This document shows, piece after piece, positions 37,174-45,381 of a stretch of DNA of 64,000 nt (position 1 is its first letter; every line of letters starts with the position of its first letter). A program made the translations under genes and the position numbers. Source of the DNA: a virus. The DNA lies in IMG/VR virus record IMGVR_UViG_3300005563_000029, positions 1 through 64,000 of that record; one strand, 5' to 3'. The notes beneath the pieces were generated by a model. The model worked only from the letters and a program-made list of their open reading frames with translations, was not told the origin of the DNA and did no database searches.

Positions 37174-37362
37174 TCAGCCCTGCGGTCCGCGCATGTTGGC
37201 GGTCAGTACCTGGGCGGTGAGGTAGAGGGCCTGCTGCTCGGTGAACCCGGCCTGCACGTAGGACGCGAACATCTCGTGGGTCGCCGTGGCGGCCATCGCC
37301 AGCACGGACAGCGGGTCCTGGATCTCGCTGCCCGCTGTCTCGCCGGTGGTGTCGTCGTTCAC
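37174..37362 (-). CDS. Hypothetical phage protein
   Basis: HEMFASYVQAGFTEQQAL motif common in actinophages. Confidence 0.7.
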   Translation of the reverse strand: MNDDTTGETAGSEIQDPLSVLAMAATATHEMFASYVQAGFTEQQALYLTAQVLTANMRGPQG

Positions 37363-37841
37363 TTGGTCGCCTGCGCAATCCGCATCTCAACGACCTCGTA
37401 ACGGAACACGCCGGTACGGACGCCGTCGTCGTTATCGAACGTCGGGTGTACGGGCTGGCCGTCTTGGAGCGGCTGCCCGTCGGTGTTCACCAGCATGGTG
37501 AGATCAGCAGTAACGGGCTCGCCGTTCCACTGTGCGCCGCCGAGGTCGATACGGATCCCAGTGGTGCAGACTAGTTCGGCGCCGGTGCCGTAGTCGAAGG
37601 CGCGCATGCCGTGCGTGTACAGCGGGGTGCCGTCGGGTCGGGGCGCGGGCCATTCGATGATGAGGCGCCCGGCGGTGGCCGGCTGCTGGAACAGTTCACG
37701 AACGGCGTCGAGGCGCTGCAGGTTGCGTCCGGGGCAGTCGTCGCTGACGATGACGGGCCGGACGGTGATCGGCTCAAGCTGGTGACAGGTGCAGTGCTCG
37801 CCGTGCCAGGTGCCGATGTGGACGTCGACCGTGCGGGCCAT
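37359..37841 (-). CDS. Hypothetical protein
   Basis: Coupled ORF. Confidence 0.65.
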   Translation of the reverse strand: MARTVDVHIGTWHGEHCTCHQLEPITVRPVIVSDDCPGRNLQRLDAVRELFQQPATAGRLIIEWPAPRPDGTPLYTHGMRAFDYGTGAELVCTTGIRIDLGGAQWNGEPVTADLTMLVNTDGQPLQDGQPVHPTFDNDDGVRTGVFRYEVVEMRIAQATK

Positions 37842-38116
37842 CAGCCGGTCGTGGTCTCCGCAGCCGGCGCCGTAGCGTCCCCGGCGACCGCGGTCTCGCC
37901 AACCGACGCCACGTCCTGCACGGCCTCGTTAACGACCGGCTCCTCCGCGGCGACCGCGTCTCGCGCGACCTGCTCGGCGTCGCTCTTTACGATCGTCAGC
38001 AGTTCCTCGAATCGCGCCTTGATAGGCGCGGCGAGCTTGTGGCCGTCTGCTTCAAGCTCGCCGAGGAGCGTGTGTAGTTCGTCGATGACGGCGTGGAACG
38101 CCTTTGCCGCGCCCAC
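37841..38116 (-). CDS. Hypothetical protein
   Basis: Coupled ORF. Confidence 0.65.
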   Translation of the reverse strand: MGAAKAFHAVIDELHTLLGELEADGHKLAAPIKARFEELLTIVKSDAEQVARDAVAAEEPVVNEAVQDVASVGETAVAGDATAPAAETTTG

Positions 38117-38118
38117 GG

Positions 38119-38691
38119 TCAGGCCGGCGGGTTGTCGTCGCGCGGGACCGGCGTGCCGAACACGGCGCCGACGCTGGTCACCGCACCCGGGTCGATTCGC
38201 ACGGTCACCGGCGGCAGCGCCTTGCCGTTCACGTCGGTGATGTTGAGGGTGAGGTCGCCGGCCTGTCCGACGTGCGAGCGCAGGTTCGCCGTCAGGGTGT
38301 CGTCGGCGACGGCCAGCTCGCCAAGGTCGGTGTTGTCCTCGACCCAGGTGAACGGGGCCACGAACTCGCCGTTGGGGTCGGAGAAGTCCGAGGGGACTGC
38401 GACTTTCTCGTTGTCGAAGCCGGTCAGGGTGATGGTGACCATGTCGTCGTCGGGCATCGTGAACATGGGGGATCCTTCCGTCGTGCGAGGTACGGGGGTG
38501 CCGAAGATGGCTTCGACGGTGACGATGAGGGCTGGCCGGGCTAGCCAGGCTTCGAAGAGGTCGGCGATGCTGACGACGTGCCGCGCGATGGTACGCAGGT
38601 CGCGGGTGGGCAGGTCGTCGGCGCCTGCGGTGAAAACGGTGGCGGCGGCTTCGAGTGCTGCGGCGCGGCGCCAGGCCCGTTCGGTGGTCAC
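38119..38691 (-). CDS. Hypothetical protein with repeated FGTPVPR motif
   Basis: GAGGAGG RBS; possible internal start at 38466. Confidence 0.65.
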   Translation of the reverse strand: MTTERAWRRAAALEAAATVFTAGADDLPTRDLRTIARHVVSIADLFEAWLARPALIVTVEAIFGTPVPRTTEGSPMFTMPDDDMVTITLTGFDNEKVAVPSDFSDPNGEFVAPFTWVEDNTDLGELAVADDTLTANLRSHVGQAGDLTLNITDVNGKALPPVTVRIDPGAVTSVGAVFGTPVPRDDNPPA

Positions 38692-38758
38692 TGCTGAGGT
38701 CCTCCTCGCAGTGCGGTATGCGAAGGCGCCGCGGGGTTAGTCGCGGCGCCGGTGTTGT

Positions 38759-39133
38759 CTATTCGTCGCGTCCGTAGGCCTGGTCGCGTGCGCGGCGCAG
38801 AGTCTTGATGAGGGCGTTGATCTCGGAGCGGGAGAGGGACGGCGAATAAGCCTCAGGCATCCAGCCCTCTTCCCAGTGCGTGGTGTCGCCCTGTTCGGCT
38901 TCGCGGAGCCGGTCGCCCATCTGGGTCCACGCTGCGACCGGTGCCTGGAGGGATACCTGGACGTTGCCGCTGCGGTCGTGTCCGGCTGCGTGCCAGCGGA
39001 CGTTGAGGATTGGCTCGTACCAGGCGTTGTTGCCGTCCATCCCGCTGCTTGCGGGGCTGTCGGACTCGGCCGTGTCAACGTAGCCGCGGTGTTCAATCTC
39101 GCTGGGGTAGTTGATCTGTGTTTTCGGCATCAC
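38759..39133 (-). CDS. Hypothetical phage protein
   Basis: MPKTQI..LSRSEINALIKTLRRARDQAYGRDE, an actinophage-type motif. Confidence 0.75.
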   Translation of the reverse strand: MMPKTQINYPSEIEHRGYVDTAESDSPASSGMDGNNAWYEPILNVRWHAAGHDRSGNVQVSLQAPVAAWTQMGDRLREAEQGDTTHWEEGWMPEAYSPSLSRSEINALIKTLRRARDQAYGRDE

Positions 39134-39205
39134 GCCATCTCCATCACGGAGTAGCCGCCCTACGAAACGGGGCGGACGTTTATACGACGCATCACGCGCC
39201 AGCGC

Positions 39206-39394
39206 TCAACCCTGAACCAGGGCGAGAAGTTCATCTACATCGACGGGCTGCGACTCACGGTGCACCTCGAACTCGTCGCGGTAGATCCGCCAGTGCCGGG
39301 GGCAGTCCTCAAAGCCTTCGATACGGCCGTCGCCCCACTCGTCGAGGAAGATCGCGCAGGTGCAGTAGTCCGGCGTCAACGGCGCGGGATCCAC
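39206..39394 (-). CDS. Hypothetical protein
   Basis: CTC..CPRH motif. Confidence 0.5.
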   Translation of the reverse strand: MDPAPLTPDYCTCAIFLDEWGDGRIEGFEDCPRHWRIYRDEFEVHRESQPVDVDELLALVQG

Positions 39395-39540
39395 GAGTTC
39401 GCCCCGGACAGGTGCAGCGCGAGAAAGAACGAGCCAAGGAGCAGCAGCGCGGTCGGCGAGAACCAGGCGCTGGTGTGGCCGCCGGAGCCTTGCTCGATAA
39501 AGCCGATACCGTAGGCGATGGCGGCGAGGAGTCCAAACAT
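39376..39540 (-). CDS. Small 2-TM membrane protein
   Basis: MFGLLAAIAYGIGF..LLLLGSFFLALH. Confidence 0.6.
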   Translation of the reverse strand: MFGLLAAIAYGIGFIEQGSGGHTSAWFSPTALLLLGSFFLALHLSGANSWIPRR

Positions 39541-39544
39541 CAGG

Positions 39545-39973
39545 TCACCAGCTTCCGGACCAGTCGCCGGGGCCGTCCCACATCGCCTCAACGACCTCGC
39601 GGGTGCGGTGTTCGTCGCAGAGGTGCTTGAGGAAGTGGCACGGAGGGATTTCGGCGCCGGCTTTCGTCGGCACGTCGCACACGCCGTCTTCAGTCGGGGC
39701 GGCGCAGCCACCCCAGTTGCTGAACTTGACGTCCAGGTGCAGCTTGGCGAGTAGCCGGGTCCGCATGTGTGCGTAGGCCTGGGCTTTGGTGTCGTGGCCG
39801 ATACTTTCCCAGGCGGGACTGTGGTCGCGGTCGGCGTGCGGGGTCTGCAGCATCTCCAGCCACGCCTCGGCGCAGCATTCGGCGTATCTGCCTAGGCGCC
39901 GGTTACCGCCGGTGTAGATCCATTTGCCGGTGCGGGGGCCGCGGTCGATCTGCTGGACCAGGTGGTGCTGCAC
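39545..39973 (-). CDS. Hypothetical Cys/His-rich protein
   Basis: AGGGAGG RBS. Confidence 0.7.
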   Translation of the reverse strand: MQHHLVQQIDRGPRTGKWIYTGGNRRLGRYAECCAEAWLEMLQTPHADRDHSPAWESIGHDTKAQAYAHMRTRLLAKLHLDVKFSNWGGCAAPTEDGVCDVPTKAGAEIPPCHFLKHLCDEHRTREVVEAMWDGPGDWSGSW

Positions 39974-39982
39974 GGCACCTCC

Positions 39983-40285
39983 CTACGCGTCCGACCAGAT
40001 CCCGGACTGGACCCAGCCGTGCCGGCCACAACAGTCGGGCCAGAACAGCGACGGCTCCAGGTGTAGCGGCTCACGCTCGATGAGTTCGTGACCGCCTGTG
40101 CCGGCGCCGCGCCACCTGTTGTAGGTGCTGCACCAGTGCCAGAACCACGGCTTGGTCTCGCCTTCGGGCCAGCCGAAGTACAGGTCGTCGGTGAGCTTGG
40201 TAACGGCGAAGTGGGACCAGTTTGACGGGGGATCGTTACGGTTGGCCCGGACGGCGTCGTCTGGCCACATCCGTTGACCCGTCAC
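39983..40285 (-). CDS. DUF6527-like protein
   Basis: LHLEPSL..CCGRHGWVQSGIW; GAGGGGG RBS. Confidence 0.6.
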   Translation of the reverse strand: MTGQRMWPDDAVRANRNDPPSNWSHFAVTKLTDDLYFGWPEGETKPWFWHWCSTYNRWRGAGTGGHELIEREPLHLEPSLFWPDCCGRHGWVQSGIWSDA

Positions 40286-40305
40286 GGCACCCCCTCAGGA
40301 TGCAC

Positions 40306-40332
40306 GAAAGCCCACCGGGAACCAGTGGGCTT
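40306..40332 (-). terminator. Intrinsic terminator just downstream of the late promoter
   Basis: AAGCCCAC...GTGGGCTT stem followed by TTCG. Confidence 0.7.
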
Positions 40333-40361
40333 GTGAATTCAGGCACGGTGAACTTGCGACG

Positions 40362-40390
40362 ATCATCCGACATGCTTTCGCGCTAGTCAA
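40362..40390 (-). promoter_or_regulatory. Putative late promoter
   Basis: TTGACT-N17-GATGAT on the minus strand. Confidence 0.55.
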
Positions 40391-40629
40391 GCTGCGGGTT
40401 TCCCGTGGCGCTTCCGCCACGCTTCACGCTCAGTCTCCAGCACCGTCCGCTCGTCCACGTACCGCCACGGCGTGGACTTCTGACGCCCGGCCCGACCCAC
40501 GTCTACGGGCTCGATAAGCCCCGCAGCAGCCCAGCGTTCCACGGTGCGTACCGATACGTGCGCGCTGGTCGCAGCATCGGCAATCGGCAGCAGCCGGCAT
40601 AAGGCGTCGTAGTCTGCCTGCTCGCTCAT
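40387..40629 (-). CDS. MerR/excisionase-type HTH protein
   Basis: IADAATSAHVSVRTVERWAAAGLI. Confidence 0.75.
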   Translation of the reverse strand: MSEQADYDALCRLLPIADAATSAHVSVRTVERWAAAGLIEPVDVGRAGRQKSTPWRYVDERTVLETEREAWRKRHGKPAA

Positions 40630-41333
40630 GCCGCGTCCTTCAAGTCCGAGGCGGTGACGGTAACCAAGTTCTGATACTCGGACTCGGTCCACAGTCGGCC
40701 GCAGCCGCCGAGTCGAGGGGAGCACTCAACATAGGACGACCCGTCATCACGACGCAGCGCCAGCAGGTCACAGCTGGGGCAGCGCACCGGGTATTTGTGG
40801 ACGAGCTTGTCCCGACCGGTGAACTTCATGGCCTTGCGGTGCCAGTCCAGAATGGCGGTGCCGGGGGAAATGTCGGGGTCGGTGGCGTCCGGATGCGAAA
40901 TCAGTAGCCAGTCAACGGACACGACGAGTACGTCAATGGCGCGGTTGAGGATGATCGGCTCGAACGTTGCGGCGCGGTCAGACCAGCCCCGCAAAGAGCG
41001 CATCGCGTCTTCGATGTCGGCGACGCCGCCAACAATGAGGTCGGTCATCAACCGGGCGGACTGTCCTGGCCACGCAGGCGCCGAGGAGGTGGTGACGCGT
41101 TCGGTGGTCGTGGTTTTGGGTGTGGCATTTAGTGCTTCCAGGTGGATGGCGGCAACGAGCTCGGGGAGTCCGTCGAGCGCGGTTAGAACGCGGAATCGGC
41201 AGTGGTCGCACCAGTAGGGGTTGCCGTACCAGGGGCGGATGTCGTGTGGAATCTGGGTTTTGGTGCTTTCGGCTTCGGCTCGGCGCCAGCTGATGTTGCA
41301 GGGGCCTGCACAGGCGAAGGGGTCTTTGTTCAC
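40626..41333 (-). CDS. Zinc-finger protein, candidate late-gene regulator
   Basis: CAGPC, CDHC and CPSC..C..GC motifs; last gene pair before the late operon. Confidence 0.7.
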   Translation of the reverse strand: MNKDPFACAGPCNISWRRAEAESTKTQIPHDIRPWYGNPYWCDHCRFRVLTALDGLPELVAAIHLEALNATPKTTTTERVTTSSAPAWPGQSARLMTDLIVGGVADIEDAMRSLRGWSDRAATFEPIILNRAIDVLVVSVDWLLISHPDATDPDISPGTAILDWHRKAMKFTGRDKLVHKYPVRCPSCDLLALRRDDGSSYVECSPRLGGCGRLWTESEYQNLVTVTASDLKDAA

Positions 41334-41454
41334 CGCGACTCCCGAGTGATCGTCTACTCTTTGGGGTGCGGTGGTTGTGAGTCGCGTGTTGCCAGTGGTG
41401 GATGGCGGCCCGTGCTGGTTACGCGGTTTCACCGAGTGTAAGGGCAGGGCGTGT

Positions 41455-41490
41455 AAAGGCCCGCACCATGCGATGGTGCGGGCCTTTCGT
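41455..41490. terminator. Intrinsic terminator
   Basis: AAAGGCCCGCACCAT-GCG-ATGGTGCGGGCCTTT perfect stem. Confidence 0.8.
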
Positions 41491-41504
41491 TTGCGCCGGG
41501 TCGG

Positions 41505-41621
41505 CTAACGCGTCTTACGTAGCCGTTCGTTGCCGGCCAACAGGTCGGGCTGCTTCTCGTTCTGCTTCTCGTTGTTCTTCGGGTCTTGTCCGCGTGCAGA
41601 GTTGGGTGTTCTGTCTGGCAC
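41505..41621 (-). CDS. 38-aa peptide (not in the ORF track)
   Basis: AAGGAGG RBS then GTG; MPDRTPNSARGQDPKNNEKQNEKQPDLLAGNERLRKTR. Confidence 0.5.
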   Translation of the reverse strand: MPDRTPNSARGQDPKNNEKQNEKQPDLLAGNERLRKTR

Positions 41622-41654
41622 GGCTTCCTCCTTTTCGTGGACGGATACGGCGGG

Positions 41655-41882
41655 CTAGCCGCGCTGGCGTCCCCGCTTCATCATGTCGTTCCAGCCGTCC
41701 AGGCCTTCGTCGAGCTGCTTGCGGCAGTCGTCGGCCTGGAAGGACTGGCCGCGCTTCTCGTGGTATTTGATGCCGAGGGCGCCGGCTTCGGCTCTGCCCG
41801 CGAGCCACAGCGCCTTGCTCTGCTCGTCCTCGGTGAGCTTGCCGAATGCGTCGGCGTCGCTCATGTTCTTGTTCCTGGCCAT
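41655..41882 (-). CDS. Hypothetical protein
   Basis: GAAAGG RBS. Confidence 0.65.
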   Translation of the reverse strand: MARNKNMSDADAFGKLTEDEQSKALWLAGRAEAGALGIKYHEKRGQSFQADDCRKQLDEGLDGWNDMMKRGRQRG

Positions 41883-41972
41883 GGTGGTGCCTTTCTGCTT
41901 CGGTGCCGAGTCGGCTTGCCCGATCGGTCGGCGCCGGCGGCGAGTTCGATGTTCGCCGCCGACACCCACCTG

Positions 41973-42431
41973 TCAGACAGGGCCGTCCTCGGTGTTCTTC
42001 GACGACGGCTGCACGGGCTTGCCGATGTCGCGGTGTTCGACGTCGGCGCCGTGGCCCTGCGCGCGGAGCCGCCGGGCGATCTCCTCGGCGATGGCGACGG
42101 AGCGGTGCCGTCCGCCCATGCAGATGATCAGCGCGTCCTGGCGGTGGCCGGTGGTGCGGGTCCAGGTGTAGGCGGCGAGGATCCGGCCGACGGTGTCGTC
42201 GATGATCTGCTGGGCGCCGGGCGTGTTCAGGACGTGGTCGCGGACTTTCGCGTCGAGCCCGGTCAGCTTGATCATGCCGGGGTCGTCGGCGGGGTTCCGC
42301 AGCGCGGTGCGCAGGTCGACCAGGATCGTCGGGGCGGTGCACTCAGGCAGCGGACCGTGCAGGACGCCGGCGGTGGTGATGACGGTGCGGATCATGTCGG
42401 TGTCGACGGGCAGGGTCGGGTTCGACATCAT
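41973..42431 (-). CDS. RapZ C-terminal-like domain protein
   Basis: DLRTALRNP..LTGLDAKVRDHV..CMGGRHRSVAIAE..VEHRD. Confidence 0.85.
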   Translation of the reverse strand: MMSNPTLPVDTDMIRTVITTAGVLHGPLPECTAPTILVDLRTALRNPADDPGMIKLTGLDAKVRDHVLNTPGAQQIIDDTVGRILAAYTWTRTTGHRQDALIICMGGRHRSVAIAEEIARRLRAQGHGADVEHRDIGKPVQPSSKNTEDGPV

Positions 42432-42592
42432 GGTGGTGTCTCCTACGGGTGTAGTCCGTTGGGGGATTGGGTCGGTCGCCTGGCAGGGCGGCCGGCCCTT
42501 CTTTGTGCTCTGAGAATCAGTATGCTGCGATGCGCGATAGATCGCTATAATTTGCAGGGGTTTCCTGTTGCCTTACGCGCTGAGGTGGCTTG

Positions 42593-43162
42593 CTAGGACT
42601 GTTTCCTGCTTCGGGAGCTTGATTTCCGCCAGCCCAGCAGCTCCTCGGCGTGGCGGTCGGCGCGACGACCGGCGGCCTGAGCGTTCCGCAGCGCCTTCTG
42701 ATACTCCGCCTCGGCTTTGCGTAGCCGCCGCTCCGGGTTAGCTGACTCCGAACCGGCGAAGGTGCCGTCGGGGTTCTGCAGGAACCGCTCTCTGATCGGC
42801 TCTGCTTTAGGCTGCCGCGCCGATGGCGCGGAAGCTGTACTTCGGCGTCTCGTGGTGCCGGGCTTCGATGCCTGGGACGGCTTCGAAGGCTGAGAGGCTG
42901 TGCGGTAGCCAACGGTCTTCTTTGGCCGTGTGTGCTTCTTCTTCTGCGGGGCCTTCGTCTCCACCACGCGTCCGTCGGCCTCGATACGCATGTAGCGGGT
43001 CCGGACGCGCCCGGTCAGCCCGTCTCGTTCCTTCACCGGGAAGGTCTTGCTGAACGTGAGCCCGAGCAGCTTCTTCAGCTCGCCCTTCGTCGGGCCGTTG
43101 TGGCCGAACAGGACGCGCCACAACAGGCCGGGCTTGTGGCTGCCCTTCTTGCGGGCGGCCAT
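42593..43162 (-). CDS. Basic hypothetical protein downstream of the TraB-like gene
   Basis: TAATG coupling; Lys/Arg-rich. Confidence 0.7.
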   Translation of the reverse strand: MAARKKGSHKPGLLWRVLFGHNGPTKGELKKLLGLTFSKTFPVKERDGLTGRVRTRYMRIEADGRVVETKAPQKKKHTRPKKTVGYRTASQPSKPSQASKPGTTRRRSTASAPSARQPKAEPIRERFLQNPDGTFAGSESANPERRLRKAEAEYQKALRNAQAAGRRADRHAEELLGWRKSSSRSRKQS

Positions 43163-45381
43163 TAGGCATCCTTCCTGACGGGTTCGTCAACCATGTCGAT
43201 GCGCCACCAGCGCTCAGCCCGACCGTCCTTCACCGAGGTGATGAACCCACGGTCGTTCCACGCGCGCAGCCGGGTGCGGACGTTCGACTCGGAGGTGAAC
43301 CCGTCAAGCTGCTTCGCGGCCAGCTCCATCGCGGTGGCGCCTTCGCTGCCGTACTCGCCTAGCAGGTTCCACAGAGCGAGGTGCTTCAACTCGACTGCCT
43401 CGTTGGTGTTCGGGTAGGTCGTAACGAGCCGCAGATCGGGGCGGCGCCCTTCGACCTGCACCGAGTCAACGACGCGGCTCGTGCGGTAGCCGCCACCGCC
43501 ACCGGAAGGCGGCGGGTCGAACATTTCCAGCGGATCCTGCCCGGCGGCGATTGCCTCGTCGAACGCGTTCATGCCGGCCTCGAAGTCTTCTGCAGCCATG
43601 GAGTCCAGCCGCTCCACGCGCCCTTCGTAGCGAGCCACGTAGTCGGCTGCGGTTTCGACATCCACGAACGGCGGCTTGCGATGGTAGGGCCTGGGGTAGG
43701 TCAGCGACTTCACCAGGAACTTCCCGACGCCGTCGAGCTGGTCCACTCGGAAGCCGTCCTTCTCGGCGGTGGCACCGAACTGCATGCGGCTGACTTCCTT
43801 CTCGCCACGGAACGCCGTGTGCTCGCCGAACTGGTGCCGGGCGTCGGTGTTGGGGCCGAACACCGGGCCGGACGGGACCTGTGTCGCAACGGCGTAGGTG
43901 ACCTTCGATGCGGCGACCAGCGCCAGGTTCGACTTCAGGATCGGGGGCGCCAGCTTCGGGTAGCGCAGTGTCAGCTCGGCAAGCTCGTCGATGATCACCA
44001 CGATGCGCGGTCCTTCGGCCAGGTCCCACTCGTCGATGCCGCGCTCGCGCATGCGGCGGCCCCGTCCGGCGGCGATTGCTTTTACCCCGTATTGGATTCG
44101 CAGTCCGTCAATCGGGTCGGTGGCGAGGCGGTACATCACCGGCTCGAACATTCCCAGGCCTGGAGCACCGTCTTTGCAGTCGATGCCGATGCGCACGATC
44201 GGGCATTCGAGTGTTTTCACGATCAGGTAGCGCAGATACGCGGACTTGCCCATGCGGGTGCGGCCGGTGATGAGCTTGTGTTCGCGGAAGTCGGTTTCGG
44301 TTTTCCGGCCGGCTTCGTCAATGGCGCTGAGGAACGGCTTCTCGACGGTGGTCGCCATGGCGCCGTCCCACGGGTAGTCCTCGTCGGTGCGGTCGGGACC
44401 GTCGTAGACGGTGATCACACCCTTGGCGCCGTGGGTGGGTTCGATCTCGATACGGCGTGCGCGGGCGTTGCTTTTGATCACCTCGTGCTTCTTCGCCAAC
44501 TGTTCGGGTGAGAGGGTTCCGGCGGGTAGTTCGAACGGGAGCCGCCAGGTGTCTTCGGCGACCTTCATCGGCGAACCAAACCACGTGCCGTTGATCTTCA
44601 TGGCTTCCAGTGCCTGCCGCAGCCGGTGCTCATATGGGTTCGACGGCATGCGGTTGTCCGGCAGGGCGAACGGCGGGATCACCGGCAACGACATCCCGGC
44701 ACCCGGCATCGGGCCCGGGTTGGAGGCGGCAGCGAAGTCGATGACTGCGCGCACTGCCCGGTGCCGGGCGTACTGCTGCCACGCCCACTTGCCGCCGTAG
44801 ACGGCGGCAGCGGATCCGGCAGCGAGCATGCAGCCGATGCCGGAGAACCCGGCGCCGACTGCCGCTCCGCCGGAGAACGCTGCCGCCCCGATGCCGAGCA
44901 GCGTCCGGGTGCCGCCACGGTCTGCGGGCTCGACGTCGGCATCGCGGGCCACGAGATTGCCGGCCATGGTTCCGAACGCACCGAAGGCCATGAATACTGC
45001 GCCAGCGGTGGTGAACCCGGCAGACATGAGGGCGTGCAGTGGTTCGGAGTGGGCCCAGAACCCGAGCCCGGACCAGGATGCGATGGCGACGCCGGGCCAG
45101 ACGTGGGTCCAACCAGGCCATGCGGCGATGGCGGATCGGGACGTCGGCCGCGGCAGATCGGAGGCGAGGAGCGCGTTGAGGGTGAGCTGGCCGTGTCGGC
45201 TCAGATCGTTGTAGTTGTAGCCGCCCTGCTGGCCCGGGAACACAGCTGAAGGCCAGGTGAGACCGCCTTCGTCGGGCATGTCGGGAGCCATCTGGGAATT
45301 GAGCCGATCCGGCATGAGGTGGCCGCCCCACCGGCCGTCATCCGGTGAAACGACGATCTCGTCGGTGTCATGTCGTGTCAT
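43162..45381 (-). CDS. TraB/TraSA-like FtsK/SpoIIIE DNA translocase
   Basis: N-terminal TMs, Walker A GRTRMGKS, IDCKDG, Walker B VVIIDELAEL, ATQ, C-terminal wHTH. Confidence 0.88.
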   Translation of the reverse strand: MTRHDTDEIVVSPDDGRWGGHLMPDRLNSQMAPDMPDEGGLTWPSAVFPGQQGGYNYNDLSRHGQLTLNALLASDLPRPTSRSAIAAWPGWTHVWPGVAIASWSGLGFWAHSEPLHALMSAGFTTAGAVFMAFGAFGTMAGNLVARDADVEPADRGGTRTLLGIGAAAFSGGAAVGAGFSGIGCMLAAGSAAAVYGGKWAWQQYARHRAVRAVIDFAAASNPGPMPGAGMSLPVIPPFALPDNRMPSNPYEHRLRQALEAMKINGTWFGSPMKVAEDTWRLPFELPAGTLSPEQLAKKHEVIKSNARARRIEIEPTHGAKGVITVYDGPDRTDEDYPWDGAMATTVEKPFLSAIDEAGRKTETDFREHKLITGRTRMGKSAYLRYLIVKTLECPIVRIGIDCKDGAPGLGMFEPVMYRLATDPIDGLRIQYGVKAIAAGRGRRMRERGIDEWDLAEGPRIVVIIDELAELTLRYPKLAPPILKSNLALVAASKVTYAVATQVPSGPVFGPNTDARHQFGEHTAFRGEKEVSRMQFGATAEKDGFRVDQLDGVGKFLVKSLTYPRPYHRKPPFVDVETAADYVARYEGRVERLDSMAAEDFEAGMNAFDEAIAAGQDPLEMFDPPPSGGGGGYRTSRVVDSVQVEGRRPDLRLVTTYPNTNEAVELKHLALWNLLGEYGSEGATAMELAAKQLDGFTSESNVRTRLRAWNDRGFITSVKDGRAERWWRIDMVDEPVRKDA

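Noticed and set aside
41340-41455. Possible tRNA/ncRNA in the intergenic gap
   Set aside because: No cloverleaf or T-loop consensus could be seen
41483-41494. 12-nt match (CCTTTCGTTTGC) to the predicted TnpB guide
   Set aside because: It lacks the guide's 5' seed bases and lies in a terminator tail; likely chance
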